Under the pieces are notes generated by a model. It was not told the origin of the DNA and ran no database searches. It saw only the letters and a list, made by a program, of their open reading frames with translations. From a virus (Duplodnaviria > Caudoviricetes), in IMG/VR virus record IMGVR_UViG_3300025168_018227, positions 1 to 33,307 of that record: a stretch of 33,307 nt of DNA, one strand, 5' to 3'. The position numbers and the translations under genes are program-made. Positions 24,182 through 32,318 of this stretch are shown one piece after another; the first letter of the stretch is position 1, and each line of letters starts with the position of its first letter.

Positions 24182-24640
24182 CTAGGGTTCTATGTGCTCG
24201 AGGACGCGATCGGCGATTAATTCCAGGTCGTTTCGACTAAATCCGAGCAGGCGCCGGGCGGGGTAGTCGTAAACTGGGCCATTCTTATCGACTTTGGCTC
24301 GCAGTCCGTAATGATGGATAGCAGCAATTCGTCCTGATAGTCCGGTAAAGGCCAGACCTGCGCTTTCTGAATCTGTTCTGATCTTGAGATATTTGGCTGT
24401 GCGCAGTTTGGTGAACATGGCCTTTTTGCGGATGGCGCCTTTTTTGCTTCGCAGGTTTTGTGGCTTACGAGGTGCCCATTTATCACCGTCTGGGCCCTGC
24501 TGCTGTTTCATCCGCTCCTGGTTGGCTTTCCGAAGGTCTCGGGAGACCAGTTTCATCAGCTTGCGGCGTTCAGCAGGCTCCATTTTTCGGAGCAGCGGTT
24601 CCATCCAGCCTGAAAGGGTTTCGATGTCGTTAGTGGTCAT
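24182..24640 (-). CDS. S: Tail completion / virion morphogenesis protein gpS
   Basis: QQGPDG..WAPRK; MFTKLRTAKYLK; RIAAIHHYGL; YPARRLLGFS. Confidence 0.93.
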   Translation of the reverse strand: MTTNDIETLSGWMEPLLRKMEPAERRKLMKLVSRDLRKANQERMKQQQGPDGDKWAPRKPQNLRSKKGAIRKKAMFTKLRTAKYLKIRTDSESAGLAFTGLSGRIAAIHHYGLRAKVDKNGPVYDYPARRLLGFSRNDLELIADRVLEHIEP

Positions 24641-25094
24641 TTTCTACGGGCTCGTTCAGGCCGTGAAGATCGCTGATGATTTGCCATTCAGCATCGTCGT
24701 TCATAACCAAGGGTGGTTCTGGTAAAACATGCTCAACGTCCAGGCCGGCTGGCGTCGCCTTTACGATCACGCGCTCAGTGATATTCACCGTCACACTGAT
24801 GTCGTAGCTGTCGTTGTTCAACAGCTCAACTTCAAAGCTAAGGGTAGTCATTGGGTCGTGACCAGGTTCACGAACCTGCAGCCAGGAAAGAATGGGGATG
24901 ATGATATGGTCGACTTCACCGGCGTAGTCGGTGACGATCAGCCGCACGGGTAGGGTGTAGTTGTGGCTCAGGTTCGCGCCTTGCCAGAATTCGATGTTGC
25001 CGTCTTCGATAAACGTCAGCAGCTTGTCCGGGTTACGCTTCAGGCTCGGCACATTGGCAAGGATATGAGCACGCAAATCCGCGAGTTTTTTCAT
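24630..25094 (-). CDS. R: Tail completion protein gpR
   Basis: MKK...LRA....VP.L..NPDKL..FIEDG; ITERVIV. Confidence 0.9.
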   Translation of the reverse strand: MKKLADLRAHILANVPSLKRNPDKLLTFIEDGNIEFWQGANLSHNYTLPVRLIVTDYAGEVDHIIIPILSWLQVREPGHDPMTTLSFEVELLNNDSYDISVTVNITERVIVKATPAGLDVEHVLPEPPLVMNDDAEWQIISDLHGLNEPVENDH

Positions 25095-25390
25095 GATGAT
25101 CCCTGTTTGTTCATCTGCTGCGCTTGATTCTCACAGCTGTCGATTTCGTCCCGGATTTCGCCCATTCTTACGTTGAGCATTTCCAGCTTGGCGTCGTAAC
25201 GGTCAATCAGATCCAGCAGATCGCCGTTTTTCCGCATCCATTCCCGCCCCGGTGGATTCTCCGGTGTTGCCAGTGCTTTCACGTTTCCGCATACCAGGTA
25301 GTCCGTTTTCTGAATGTACTGAACCTTTCCGGAGCAGGCTGATAACAACATCAGGCAGGTCAGTAGTAGACCAGAGGCGATAGGTTTCAT
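25091..25390 (-). CDS. Outer-membrane spanin (Rz1/LysC-like lipoprotein); start ATG 25390
   Basis: Signal peptide with lipobox LLSA-C; starts within the Rz-like gene in another frame; NGDL motif. Confidence 0.75.
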   Translation of the reverse strand: MKPIASGLLLTCLMLLSACSGKVQYIQKTDYLVCGNVKALATPENPPGREWMRKNGDLLDLIDRYDAKLEMLNVRMGEIRDEIDSCENQAQQMNKQGSS

Positions 25391-25673
25391 TTTCTCTCTC
25401 CAGCCGGGCGCGGGTGGCACGCTCAGATTCCAGTTGCGACTCAAGCCGTGCTTCTACTGCCCGGATTTGATCGATACGTTTTGCGAGGCGGTTGCGGGCT
25501 TCAGTCATTTCCGTAAGGCGGGTATTGGTATCGGTGGCCTCTTGCTTCTGAAGTTCCAACGCTTCTGAGGTGGATGCCAGTTTGGTGCTGGTTTCGAGGT
25601 TTCGCTCGATGCTGTACCAAAGGGCGCCACTGAGAGCGGTAACCAGCAATCCGATTACCAGGTAAACCTTCAT
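25203..25673 (-). CDS. Inner-membrane spanin (Rz/LysB-like); start ATG 25673
   Basis: N-terminal TM, long coiled coil, LERENET.R.WS.T.LPD.V..L as in LysB. Confidence 0.8.
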   Translation of the reverse strand: MKVYLVIGLLVTALSGALWYSIERNLETSTKLASTSEALELQKQEATDTNTRLTEMTEARNRLAKRIDQIRAVEARLESQLESERATRARLERENETYRLWSTTDLPDVVISLLRKGSVHSENGLPGMRKRESTGNTGESTGAGMDAEKRRSAGSD

Positions 25674-25879
25674 TCCTGCCTTCTCCCGCTGTTTACGTAG
25701 AAAGCGAACCACGCCGCTGCGCCTGTCCAGATCACGTTTGCGTAGAGCTGCTGCGCGGTGGTTGGGTCTGGCAGGGTGGTGAACCATTGGTGAGTGTCCA
25801 AACAGAGCCAGCCGTACAAGACCACCAAAAAGCGGGGAACGACCCTCCAGGCGTCCAGCTGGTCAGGCGTCAGTTTCAC
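25670..25879 (-). CDS. Small two-TM protein, holin or antiholin candidate
   Basis: LDAWRVVPRFLVVLYGW and VIWTGAAAWFAFYV hydrophobic segments with a basic C-terminus; inside the lysis cassette. Confidence 0.65.
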   Translation of the reverse strand: MKLTPDQLDAWRVVPRFLVVLYGWLCLDTHQWFTTLPDPTTAQQLYANVIWTGAAAWFAFYVNSGRRQE

Positions 25880-26676
25880 GAAAGGCGCCCCATGGATCGA
25901 AATCGGTCATACGCGGCAGCCATCCGGATGTCATATTGGTTTCTGGCATAGGCGGGGCCGTTGTAACGCTCCGCGAAAGCTAGCCAATCTCTATCCTTGA
26001 GCGCTTGATGCAGGATCTTGTCCTTTTTGATGAACCGGATGAAGGCCTCCAGTTGCTCACCTTCACTGCGGTGCATGGCCTCGTAAAACACAGCAGCTGA
26101 GTGATAGCCCAGTGACTTCCAGTGGAAACCCATGATCTGAAACAAACCCCAACTGGCTGATTCAATGGCGGTGGCGTTATCGATGGTGTAGGCACGGTTC
26201 AGGCGGCGCCATTCCGTTTCACCGCCGACATAGCCACCGGGTTTTCGATTCACCAGATCAGGGTAGGCGTCGGCCAGCTGCTCGCGCTTATGGGCTGGAA
26301 GGCGGCGGTACATGATGTGCCTTTCGAAGAGAATTACGGGACGGCCAGATGGCAGAAAACCAGATTCTTTGCTTTCTACCTCAGTTACCGCCTTAATGGC
26401 GGCCAGCTGCACGCCTAGCGCACGGGCTGCGTATTTCAGATCGGATTCGGTGAGCAGCTTTTCCGGATCGCTGTTGTTGACTGGATGCAGGTTTTCTAGG
26501 GTGGCAGGGCCAGCGATACCGTCGACCATTAATCCCTGCTGGCGCTGGAAACGGATAACGGCCTTTTCCGTTGCATCTCCAAACCAACCATCCGCTTCAA
26601 TTTTCACGCCAGCGGCAATTAGCCTCTGCTGGAGAAGCATTACCTGCTGACCAACATCACCATGCCTTAGAATCAT
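25876..26676 (-). CDS. Modular endolysin: peptidoglycan-binding domain + N-acetylmuramidase (DUF3380-type)
   Basis: ADGWFGDATEKAV..FQ...GL.VDGIAGP.T; AV.EVES...GF..SGRP.ILFERH; SASWGLFQIMGFHW; YNGPAY. Confidence 0.92.
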   Translation of the reverse strand: MILRHGDVGQQVMLLQQRLIAAGVKIEADGWFGDATEKAVIRFQRQQGLMVDGIAGPATLENLHPVNNSDPEKLLTESDLKYAARALGVQLAAIKAVTEVESKESGFLPSGRPVILFERHIMYRRLPAHKREQLADAYPDLVNRKPGGYVGGETEWRRLNRAYTIDNATAIESASWGLFQIMGFHWKSLGYHSAAVFYEAMHRSEGEQLEAFIRFIKKDKILHQALKDRDWLAFAERYNGPAYARNQYDIRMAAAYDRFRSMGRLS

Positions 26677-27116
26677 GAGCCAATCCCTCCAATCGCGATT
26701 GCCAATACCCTCAACACTTCACTTCGAAAGGCGATAATTAGCCCTCCAATACCAAGCACCATCCATATTGCCCCGGCCGCAAACGCCACCTTCGTGACCA
26801 GCCTCTCGACCTTCTCGGTCAGCTTGGTGATCGCCCTTGTTGTCGCTGTTGCCGTGTCGTTAAGTGCTTTTACAGTGTCACGGTTTTCATGATCCATCCG
26901 CTTTCGAAAAGCATTCAGAGCGGCGTGGGTTTCTTTGTGTGCTTCCTGTTGCTCAGATCTGGACTCGCGAAAGTCATGCCTGATTTCGGTGAACGCATGC
27001 TCCAAGGCGTTAACACGCGGATGCAGCTTCTCCAGATCTCTCAGCCTGGCAGCCAGATCTTGAGCCACGACCTGGTAGAGCCTTTCCTCTGAGGTTTGGT
27101 CTTGCTCGGATGCCAC
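26673..27116 (-). CDS. Coiled-coil protein with a C-terminal TM segment (lysis-associated); GTG start at 27116
   Basis: GGAG RBS before GTG; coiled coil then VAFAAGAIWMVLGIGGLIIAF; occupies the P2 holin position. Confidence 0.6.
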   Translation of the reverse strand: MASEQDQTSEERLYQVVAQDLAARLRDLEKLHPRVNALEHAFTEIRHDFRESRSEQQEAHKETHAALNAFRKRMDHENRDTVKALNDTATATTRAITKLTEKVERLVTKVAFAAGAIWMVLGIGGLIIAFRSEVLRVLAIAIGGIGS

Positions 27117-27118
27117 GG

Positions 27119-27328
27119 TTACTCCCAAAGCTGAACTGTTGTGGTGGTGGGTTGTTCGGCCACCTCCGGCATTCTGACCAAGGTTCCTGTGGGTAATACC
27201 GGGCCAAGATCGGCCAGGCCCGGGTTTGCCTGGTAAACCGCCTCGGTAACGCCCGCCGTGTATCCATAAAACCGATAACATATGCGGTCGACGGTATCGC
27301 CTTGGATCGCGCGTACATCGGCCATCAA
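27119..27328 (-). CDS. X: Tail protein gpX (LysM-like)
   Basis: VRAIQGDTVD.IC.R.YG.T.GVTEAV..ANPGLA.LGP.LP.GT; VQLWE. Confidence 0.95.
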   Translation of the reverse strand: MMADVRAIQGDTVDRICYRFYGYTAGVTEAVYQANPGLADLGPVLPTGTLVRMPEVAEQPTTTTVQLWE

Positions 27329-27786
27329 ATCAGCTCCACGGTTGTTCGATGGTGCCCTCGAATATCAGAAAGTGCCCACGAGGCATTCCGCCTGAGGTCG
27401 TCGCTGGTTAAATCCATGGCGTCAGCCTGGTCGTGACCAGATCCGGTGGCATCGTAATCCCGGTACCGCTCGATAAGATCTGCTTTTGCCAGGCACCAGA
27501 CAGCCCGCAAGTAAAGGCGCACGCCGGTTCCCAGCGGTTGCCAGTCGGGATCAGGCACGTCCTCCAGCGTTTCAAACCCCTGTTCTTTGCGGGCCTTCAT
27601 GAACACCGATAACGAGCGGTTAACGTCGAACATGGCGGCCTCCAATGCGTGCACTGCGCGCGCATCCGTAACAGTGCCATCAAGTCGCATGGAGTCTCGG
27701 AACTCCTCCAGGCTAAGGTCCGGGAAGAACGGGGCGTTGGTAATGGTGACGGGTGCGGTGCTGCCGCCGGCTGCAATCAGGCTCAC
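27325..27786 (-). CDS. L: Head completion/stabilisation protein gpL; GTG start probably 27786
   Basis: FFPDLSL..FR..MRLDGTVT..R; YLRAV...AKA.L.ERYRDYD.T; TVELI; GGAG RBS. Confidence 0.92.
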   Translation of the reverse strand: MSLIAAGGSTAPVTITNAPFFPDLSLEEFRDSMRLDGTVTDARAVHALEAAMFDVNRSLSVFMKARKEQGFETLEDVPDPDWQPLGTGVRLYLRAVWCLAKADLIERYRDYDATGSGHDQADAMDLTSDDLRRNASWALSDIRGHHRTTVELI

Positions 27787-27800
27787 GGTATGCTCCAAGG

Positions 27801-27862
27801 AAGGCGGTGAACGGGGCCGTAGAGTGTGGGCAAAGCCTCAGCTCATGGCCCCGTGCCGCCTT
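27801..27862 (-). promoter_or_regulatory. Long nested stem-loop in the M-L intergenic region (putative cis-acting RNA structure)
   Basis: mRNA strand AAGGCGG-ca-CGGGGCC(a)...GGCCCCG-ttca-CCGCCTT with further inner pairing. Confidence 0.6.
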
Positions 27863-27888
27863 GGCGTCGGGGGCCGACTCGGTAACGG

Positions 27889-28551
27889 CTATTCGCCGGA
27901 TTCTTTCAGCTCACGCTCAAGGCGTTCTATGTCCTTTTTCACGCCTACGCGCTCGTTCAGTTCCAGAGCACGGTTGAGGGCTGCGAGTGCCTGCTCATCG
28001 CTGCCTTGTTCGCGCAGAATATAGCCATAGGCCTTGAACAGTTTTGCCTTTACTTGGTCTTGCATGTCGGCATCAGCAAACAGATCGATTGCCCTTTGAA
28101 GTTGCTCCGGGAGATCGTCGGTTACGGTTTCGTTGGCTATCGCCTGCAGGCTGAGCCCTGCTACTTCCTCTGCTGCCAGTGTCGCTGTGGTTCGGGCATA
28201 CTTATCCGGGGTTTCCAGCCCATTCGCCACGGCGTATTCCGCGATATCCAAACCGGTTTTGATATCACCGGTGTCCAGATACCAAACCATCAGTGTTACC
28301 AGGACATCATCTTGCTGCCCGGTACCGGCTTCAAGAACACCCTGCACGTAGCTTTCATACTTCGGCAGCATTTCGCGTTTGGCGTCAATTTTGCGCTCGA
28401 TGCTCTGCAGGTCATGTAAACGGCGCGAGTCTTCAACCAGAGCAATACGGTGCAGCTCGTGGGATTCGCCTTGCGGGCGTTCCGGCGTAGTCTGCGCCGC
28501 CTCCTGGGCGGCGCGTACTCGCAAGAAGTGCTTTCTTGCTGGGCTTGTCAT
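27889..28551 (-). CDS. M: Terminase endonuclease (small) subunit gpM
   Basis: MTSPARKH..RV.A; L.ED.RRL..LQSIERK...KRE.LP.Y; QDDVL...MVW..D.GD; GVKKDIERLER. Confidence 0.95.
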   Translation of the reverse strand: MTSPARKHFLRVRAAQEAAQTTPERPQGESHELHRIALVEDSRRLHDLQSIERKIDAKREMLPKYESYVQGVLEAGTGQQDDVLVTLMVWYLDTGDIKTGLDIAEYAVANGLETPDKYARTTATLAAEEVAGLSLQAIANETVTDDLPEQLQRAIDLFADADMQDQVKAKLFKAYGYILREQGSDEQALAALNRALELNERVGVKKDIERLERELKESGE

Positions 28552-28562
28552 ATCAACCTCGA

Positions 28563-29567
28563 TCAGACGATGGTGATGTTTTCAACGAGGCAGCCCGCGC
28601 CGAAATCTTCGATCACGTAGGCTTCGTTGGACGACTCGTAGTTCTCAATGCGGTTACGCTTCGGGTTGTCGATAACCTGGCGACGACGAGCACCGGTCTG
28701 GTAGTAGATCGACAGGTTTTCCATGGTGGTGATCATCAGCGCGCCCGCCGGGAAGAACGGTGCAGCTACAGCAGGCAGGCCGCCCATGCGCTTCTGGGAA
28801 ACAATCATATCGGTCGCTGATTTTTCGGACGGGGTCTGATTGTTGTTGATCAGCGGGAAGTACTTGTCCTGAAGCAATCCGCTGCCAAGCATAACAACCA
28901 GATCGGGGTTTCCCTGGTGCCATGTGTCGATCATGTTGCCCATCGCGTCGTAAACCAGAGCATCCAAGTTCAAATAGTCGCCACCGGTGCCCACATTCAC
29001 TACGCCAGACGCGCTCACTACTTCGGACATCACTCGCTCGGGTGCACTGGTGCGGTAGTGCTGAAGCCAGCCAATGTTGACGTCTTGCAGCAGCTGGTTG
29101 GTAGCGCGGTTTGTTTCCGTCGCAGCCGACGTACCGTTGAAGCCGATCATGATCCGATCCAGAGCCTGCTGGCGAAGGATGGCGTCGCGAACCAGCGCCT
29201 GGAAGTTCGGGAACTTTGCCCAGGCATCAATTTTGGCGTAAGGCAGAGCGGTGTCGAATTCAGTCAGCACGCACTCATAGCCATTTTTACCCAGATCGCT
29301 AACGTCGCGCGGGTTGCGGTCTTTGTTGGCCACATTGGTGCGGCCGGCGATTGTGCCTACTCCCAGCCCGATTTTCTCGCCTTTGATTTCGTCCACGCCA
29401 ATCATGTTGATGGCCTGAAGCAACGCGCTGGATTCCTGAATTCGTTTTTCCAGGGTTTGCTGCACAGACGGTGTTACGTTGAACTGTTCGGCTGGGTTCT
29501 CCGCACCATTCAGCGTAGCGATCTGCTGGCGAAGCTTGTTAAAAAGTACTCGGGATTCATTACGCAT
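28563..29567 (-). CDS. N: Major capsid protein gpN
   Basis: F.V.PSVQQTLE..IQESS; DAWAKFPNFQ; ALDRIMIGFNG; LLQDVNIGWLQ; IENYESSNEAYVIED. Confidence 0.97.
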   Translation of the reverse strand: MRNESRVLFNKLRQQIATLNGAENPAEQFNVTPSVQQTLEKRIQESSALLQAINMIGVDEIKGEKIGLGVGTIAGRTNVANKDRNPRDVSDLGKNGYECVLTEFDTALPYAKIDAWAKFPNFQALVRDAILRQQALDRIMIGFNGTSAATETNRATNQLLQDVNIGWLQHYRTSAPERVMSEVVSASGVVNVGTGGDYLNLDALVYDAMGNMIDTWHQGNPDLVVMLGSGLLQDKYFPLINNNQTPSEKSATDMIVSQKRMGGLPAVAAPFFPAGALMITTMENLSIYYQTGARRRQVIDNPKRNRIENYESSNEAYVIEDFGAGCLVENITIV

Positions 29568-29579
29568 GGTTTTGCTTCC

Positions 29580-30395
29580 TCAGCAGTCGGTCAGAATTTC
29601 TTCCTGCCCACCGGTAGCCGGTGCGCGTTGGCTATGGTTGTGGGGGCTGGACTCAATCTCGCTTTTCAACGACTTGAAATTGGTTTTAAGCGAGTCCAGT
29701 TCGGTTTTCATCTGCCGGTACTCGCCGCTCATTTCATCCATTGACGCCCGCAGCTGCTGGCCATCGGTGACGAAAAGCTCCAGGGTTTTCTCGAGGTCTG
29801 CGCGGAAGTCGCCAAATTTCGCCGCGCTGACGTCGCGATGCTTGGAGAACAGGGCCTTCACCTTGGTAAACAGGGTTTCGGTATCAGCGGCTGCCGGATC
29901 TTCGGCGGTAAAGTCCAACTCCGCTTCCAGGGCGGCAGAAAAGAGGTTTTCCGGGCGCTGTTTACGCGCAGTCAAAGGGCTGTTTTTGGCGGTGCTGCTG
30001 AATTGCAGCATTTCGGTGCCCAGAGATGCAGGGGAGTCCGTAACAGCCAGACCGACAAAGTAGGCCTCACCGCTGCCGGCGAAATCTGGATCTACTTCAA
30101 TCGAGGTATAGATTTTCTGGCGATCTTTCGACATTTTCACCAGATCGTCCGTGGGATCGATTTCCGCGAAAAGCTCCAGCTTACCTTCGGCGTTCTCGCG
30201 GGTTTCCAAGCCCGTCACGTCGCCGAATGCTTTAAAGACGCTGTCTGGAAGCATGCCGCGCATGTGCTCAAGCCAAATCCGTGCGCCGTATTTCGCTGGA
30301 TCGAAGTTGGCAGCCATCTGTTCAATCCAGGTGCGGCTAATTGCGCGGCCATCGGTAGTGGCTCCTTCCGTTGCCACTCGAAATTTCTTTTTCAT
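29580..30395 (-). CDS. O: Capsid scaffolding protein/protease gpO
   Basis: FRVATEGATTDGRAI; YGARIWLEH; QKIYTSIE; GLAVTDSPASLGTEML.F; LTDC end. Confidence 0.96.
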   Translation of the reverse strand: MKKKFRVATEGATTDGRAISRTWIEQMAANFDPAKYGARIWLEHMRGMLPDSVFKAFGDVTGLETRENAEGKLELFAEIDPTDDLVKMSKDRQKIYTSIEVDPDFAGSGEAYFVGLAVTDSPASLGTEMLQFSSTAKNSPLTARKQRPENLFSAALEAELDFTAEDPAAADTETLFTKVKALFSKHRDVSAAKFGDFRADLEKTLELFVTDGQQLRASMDEMSGEYRQMKTELDSLKTNFKSLKSEIESSPHNHSQRAPATGGQEEILTDC

Positions 30396-30488
30396 GTTGC
30401 CACTCCAGTGCTTTATGGGCGATTCTGTAAAACCTCGTCATTGGCCCACAGATTCACGGCACAGCCGATCAATTCCAACGTCTTCCAG

Positions 30489-30509
30489 TTGTGCCGTTTC
30501 ATGCCACAA
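30489..30509. promoter_or_regulatory. Late activator site TTGT-N13-ACAA between divergent pO and pP
   Basis: ttgtgccgtttcatgccacaa centred 56 nt upstream of the P ATG; candidate -10s TACGCT (+, 30543-30548) and GAATCT (-, 30450-30455) symmetrically placed. Confidence 0.75.
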
Positions 30510-30554
30510 AACCCGCACCGATAATGGCGCCGCCGCAGCCATTACGCTGGCTGC

Positions 30555-32318
30555 ATGGATAAAACAGTCGAATCGGATTACAGAGAACACTTTGTCGAAG
30601 CTCGCACCCTGTATTGGATGGGCTGGCGAGCTGTGCGCATTTGTGACCGCCTGGGCATCAGCCCGCAGCTGTTCAATAACTGGAAGAAGCGCTTTGGCTG
30701 GGACGATTCAGAGCCCATTCAACGTGTGGAGAGTTCCATTGAAGCCCGAATGCTGCAGTTGGTCTTTAAGGACGAAAAGGAAGGCAAGGATTTCAAGGAA
30801 ATCGACCTTCTAGGCCGACAGATAGAGCGGCTGGCGCGGGTGCACAAGTACAGTGAAACCGGACGCGAATCAGACTTGAACCCGAACATTCTGGAGCGTA
30901 ACAAGGCGCCGAGAAAATCGAAAAACGACATTGGCGAAGAAGGCCTGGATCTGATCACCACAGCATTCAATGAATCGCTTTTCGACTATCAGCACCGGTG
31001 GAGCGTCGCAGCTGGCACACACCGAATACGGAATATTCTCAAATCACGGCAGATTGGCGCTACCTGGTACTTTGCTCGGGAAGCGATTGTTGATGCGTTC
31101 CATACTGGCAAGAACAAAATATTCCTGAGCGCATCGAAGGCCCAGGCACACGTTTTCCGGCAATACATCGTCCAGTTCATCAAAGATACGTGCGACGTAG
31201 AGTTGAAGGGCGACCCGCTGATTCTGCCCAACGGGGCAACGCTGTATTTTCTCGGTACCAACGTGCGCACCGCCCAAAGCTATCACGGCGACCTGTTTAT
31301 GGATGAGTACTTCTGGATACACGACTTCCAGCAGTTCCGGAAAGTGGCCAGCGGCATGGCGATGCATAAACGCTGGAGCCAGACCTACATTTCCACGCCG
31401 TCGGCGGTAACCCATGACGCATACCCTTTCTGGACCGGAGAGCTGTTCAACAAGCGCCGTGCAAAAGACAAGCGCGTCGTTGTTGAAACCTCCCATGCGG
31501 CGCTGGCCAATGGCCTGGCTTGCCCGGATGGCCAATGGCGACAGATCGTAACCGTTGAAGATGCTATTGCCGGTGGTTGCGACCTGTTCGACATCGATCA
31601 GTTGCGCATGGAATATTCAGAGGACGAATACGCCAACCTTTTGATGTGCCAGTTTGTTGACGACACACACGCGGTGTTCCCCCTTGCGAAACTGCAGCGA
31701 TGCATGGTGGATAGCTGGATTGAATGGCGCGATCTAAAACCCTATACCGATCGGCCGCTCGGTGACAGCCCGGTCTGGATTGGCTACGACCCATCAGGTA
31801 CCGGTGAAGACGGAGATGGCGCGGGCCTTGCCGTAGTTTCTCCATCCCACTCCAACAGTCGGCCACACCGGGTGGTAGAAAAAATACGACTGCGTGGGCT
31901 GGATTACGAGCAGCAGTCTGAAGAAATCCGAAAGCTGACCTTCCGATACAACGTTGAATTTATCGGCATTGATGTGACCGGATTGGGCGAGGCGGTGGCC
32001 GAACTGGTTGAGAAGTTTTTCCCGGGCGTTACCAGGTACCAGTATTCAATGGACGTGAAAGCGCGCCTTGTTATCAAAACCCAGAACATCATCGACCGCG
32101 GTCGACTCCAGTTCGACGCCGGCGACACCGCGATCGCCCAAAGCTTCATGGCTATCCGCCGTGTGATGACTGACTCCCAAAAACACATAACCTACGCTGC
32201 AGGGCGCCGGGGCGACATCGGGCATTCGGATATAGCCTGGGCAATTATGCATGCCCTCGCTCACGAACCCCTTGAGGGCCCGGCCAAGCACGGCGGCAGC
32301 ATAATGGAGATTTATTGA
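30555..32318 (+). CDS. P: Terminase ATPase subunit gpP
   Basis: ARTLYWMGW; KEIDLLGRQIERLARV; RNILKSRQIGATWYFAREA; DEYFW; VWIGYDP; H.D.AWA.MHAL..EPL. Confidence 0.97.
   Translation: MDKTVESDYREHFVEARTLYWMGWRAVRICDRLGISPQLFNNWKKRFGWDDSEPIQRVESSIEARMLQLVFKDEKEGKDFKEIDLLGRQIERLARVHKYSETGRESDLNPNILERNKAPRKSKNDIGEEGLDLITTAFNESLFDYQHRWSVAAGTHRIRNILKSRQIGATWYFAREAIVDAFHTGKNKIFLSASKAQAHVFRQYIVQFIKDTCDVELKGDPLILPNGATLYFLGTNVRTAQSYHGDLFMDEYFWIHDFQQFRKVASGMAMHKRWSQTYISTPSAVTHDAYPFWTGELFNKRRAKDKRVVVETSHAALANGLACPDGQWRQIVTVEDAIAGGCDLFDIDQLRMEYSEDEYANLLMCQFVDDTHAVFPLAKLQRCMVDSWIEWRDLKPYTDRPLGDSPVWIGYDPSGTGEDGDGAGLAVVSPSHSNSRPHRVVEKIRLRGLDYEQQSEEIRKLTFRYNVEFIGIDVTGLGEAVAELVEKFFPGVTRYQYSMDVKARLVIKTQNIIDRGRLQFDAGDTAIAQSFMAIRRVMTDSQKHITYAAGRRGDIGHSDIAWAIMHALAHEPLEGPAKHGGSIMEIY

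Noticed and set aside
28917-30813. Several 190-275-aa plus-strand ORFs
   Set aside because: Overlap conserved N, O and P genes; no motifs or convincing RBS
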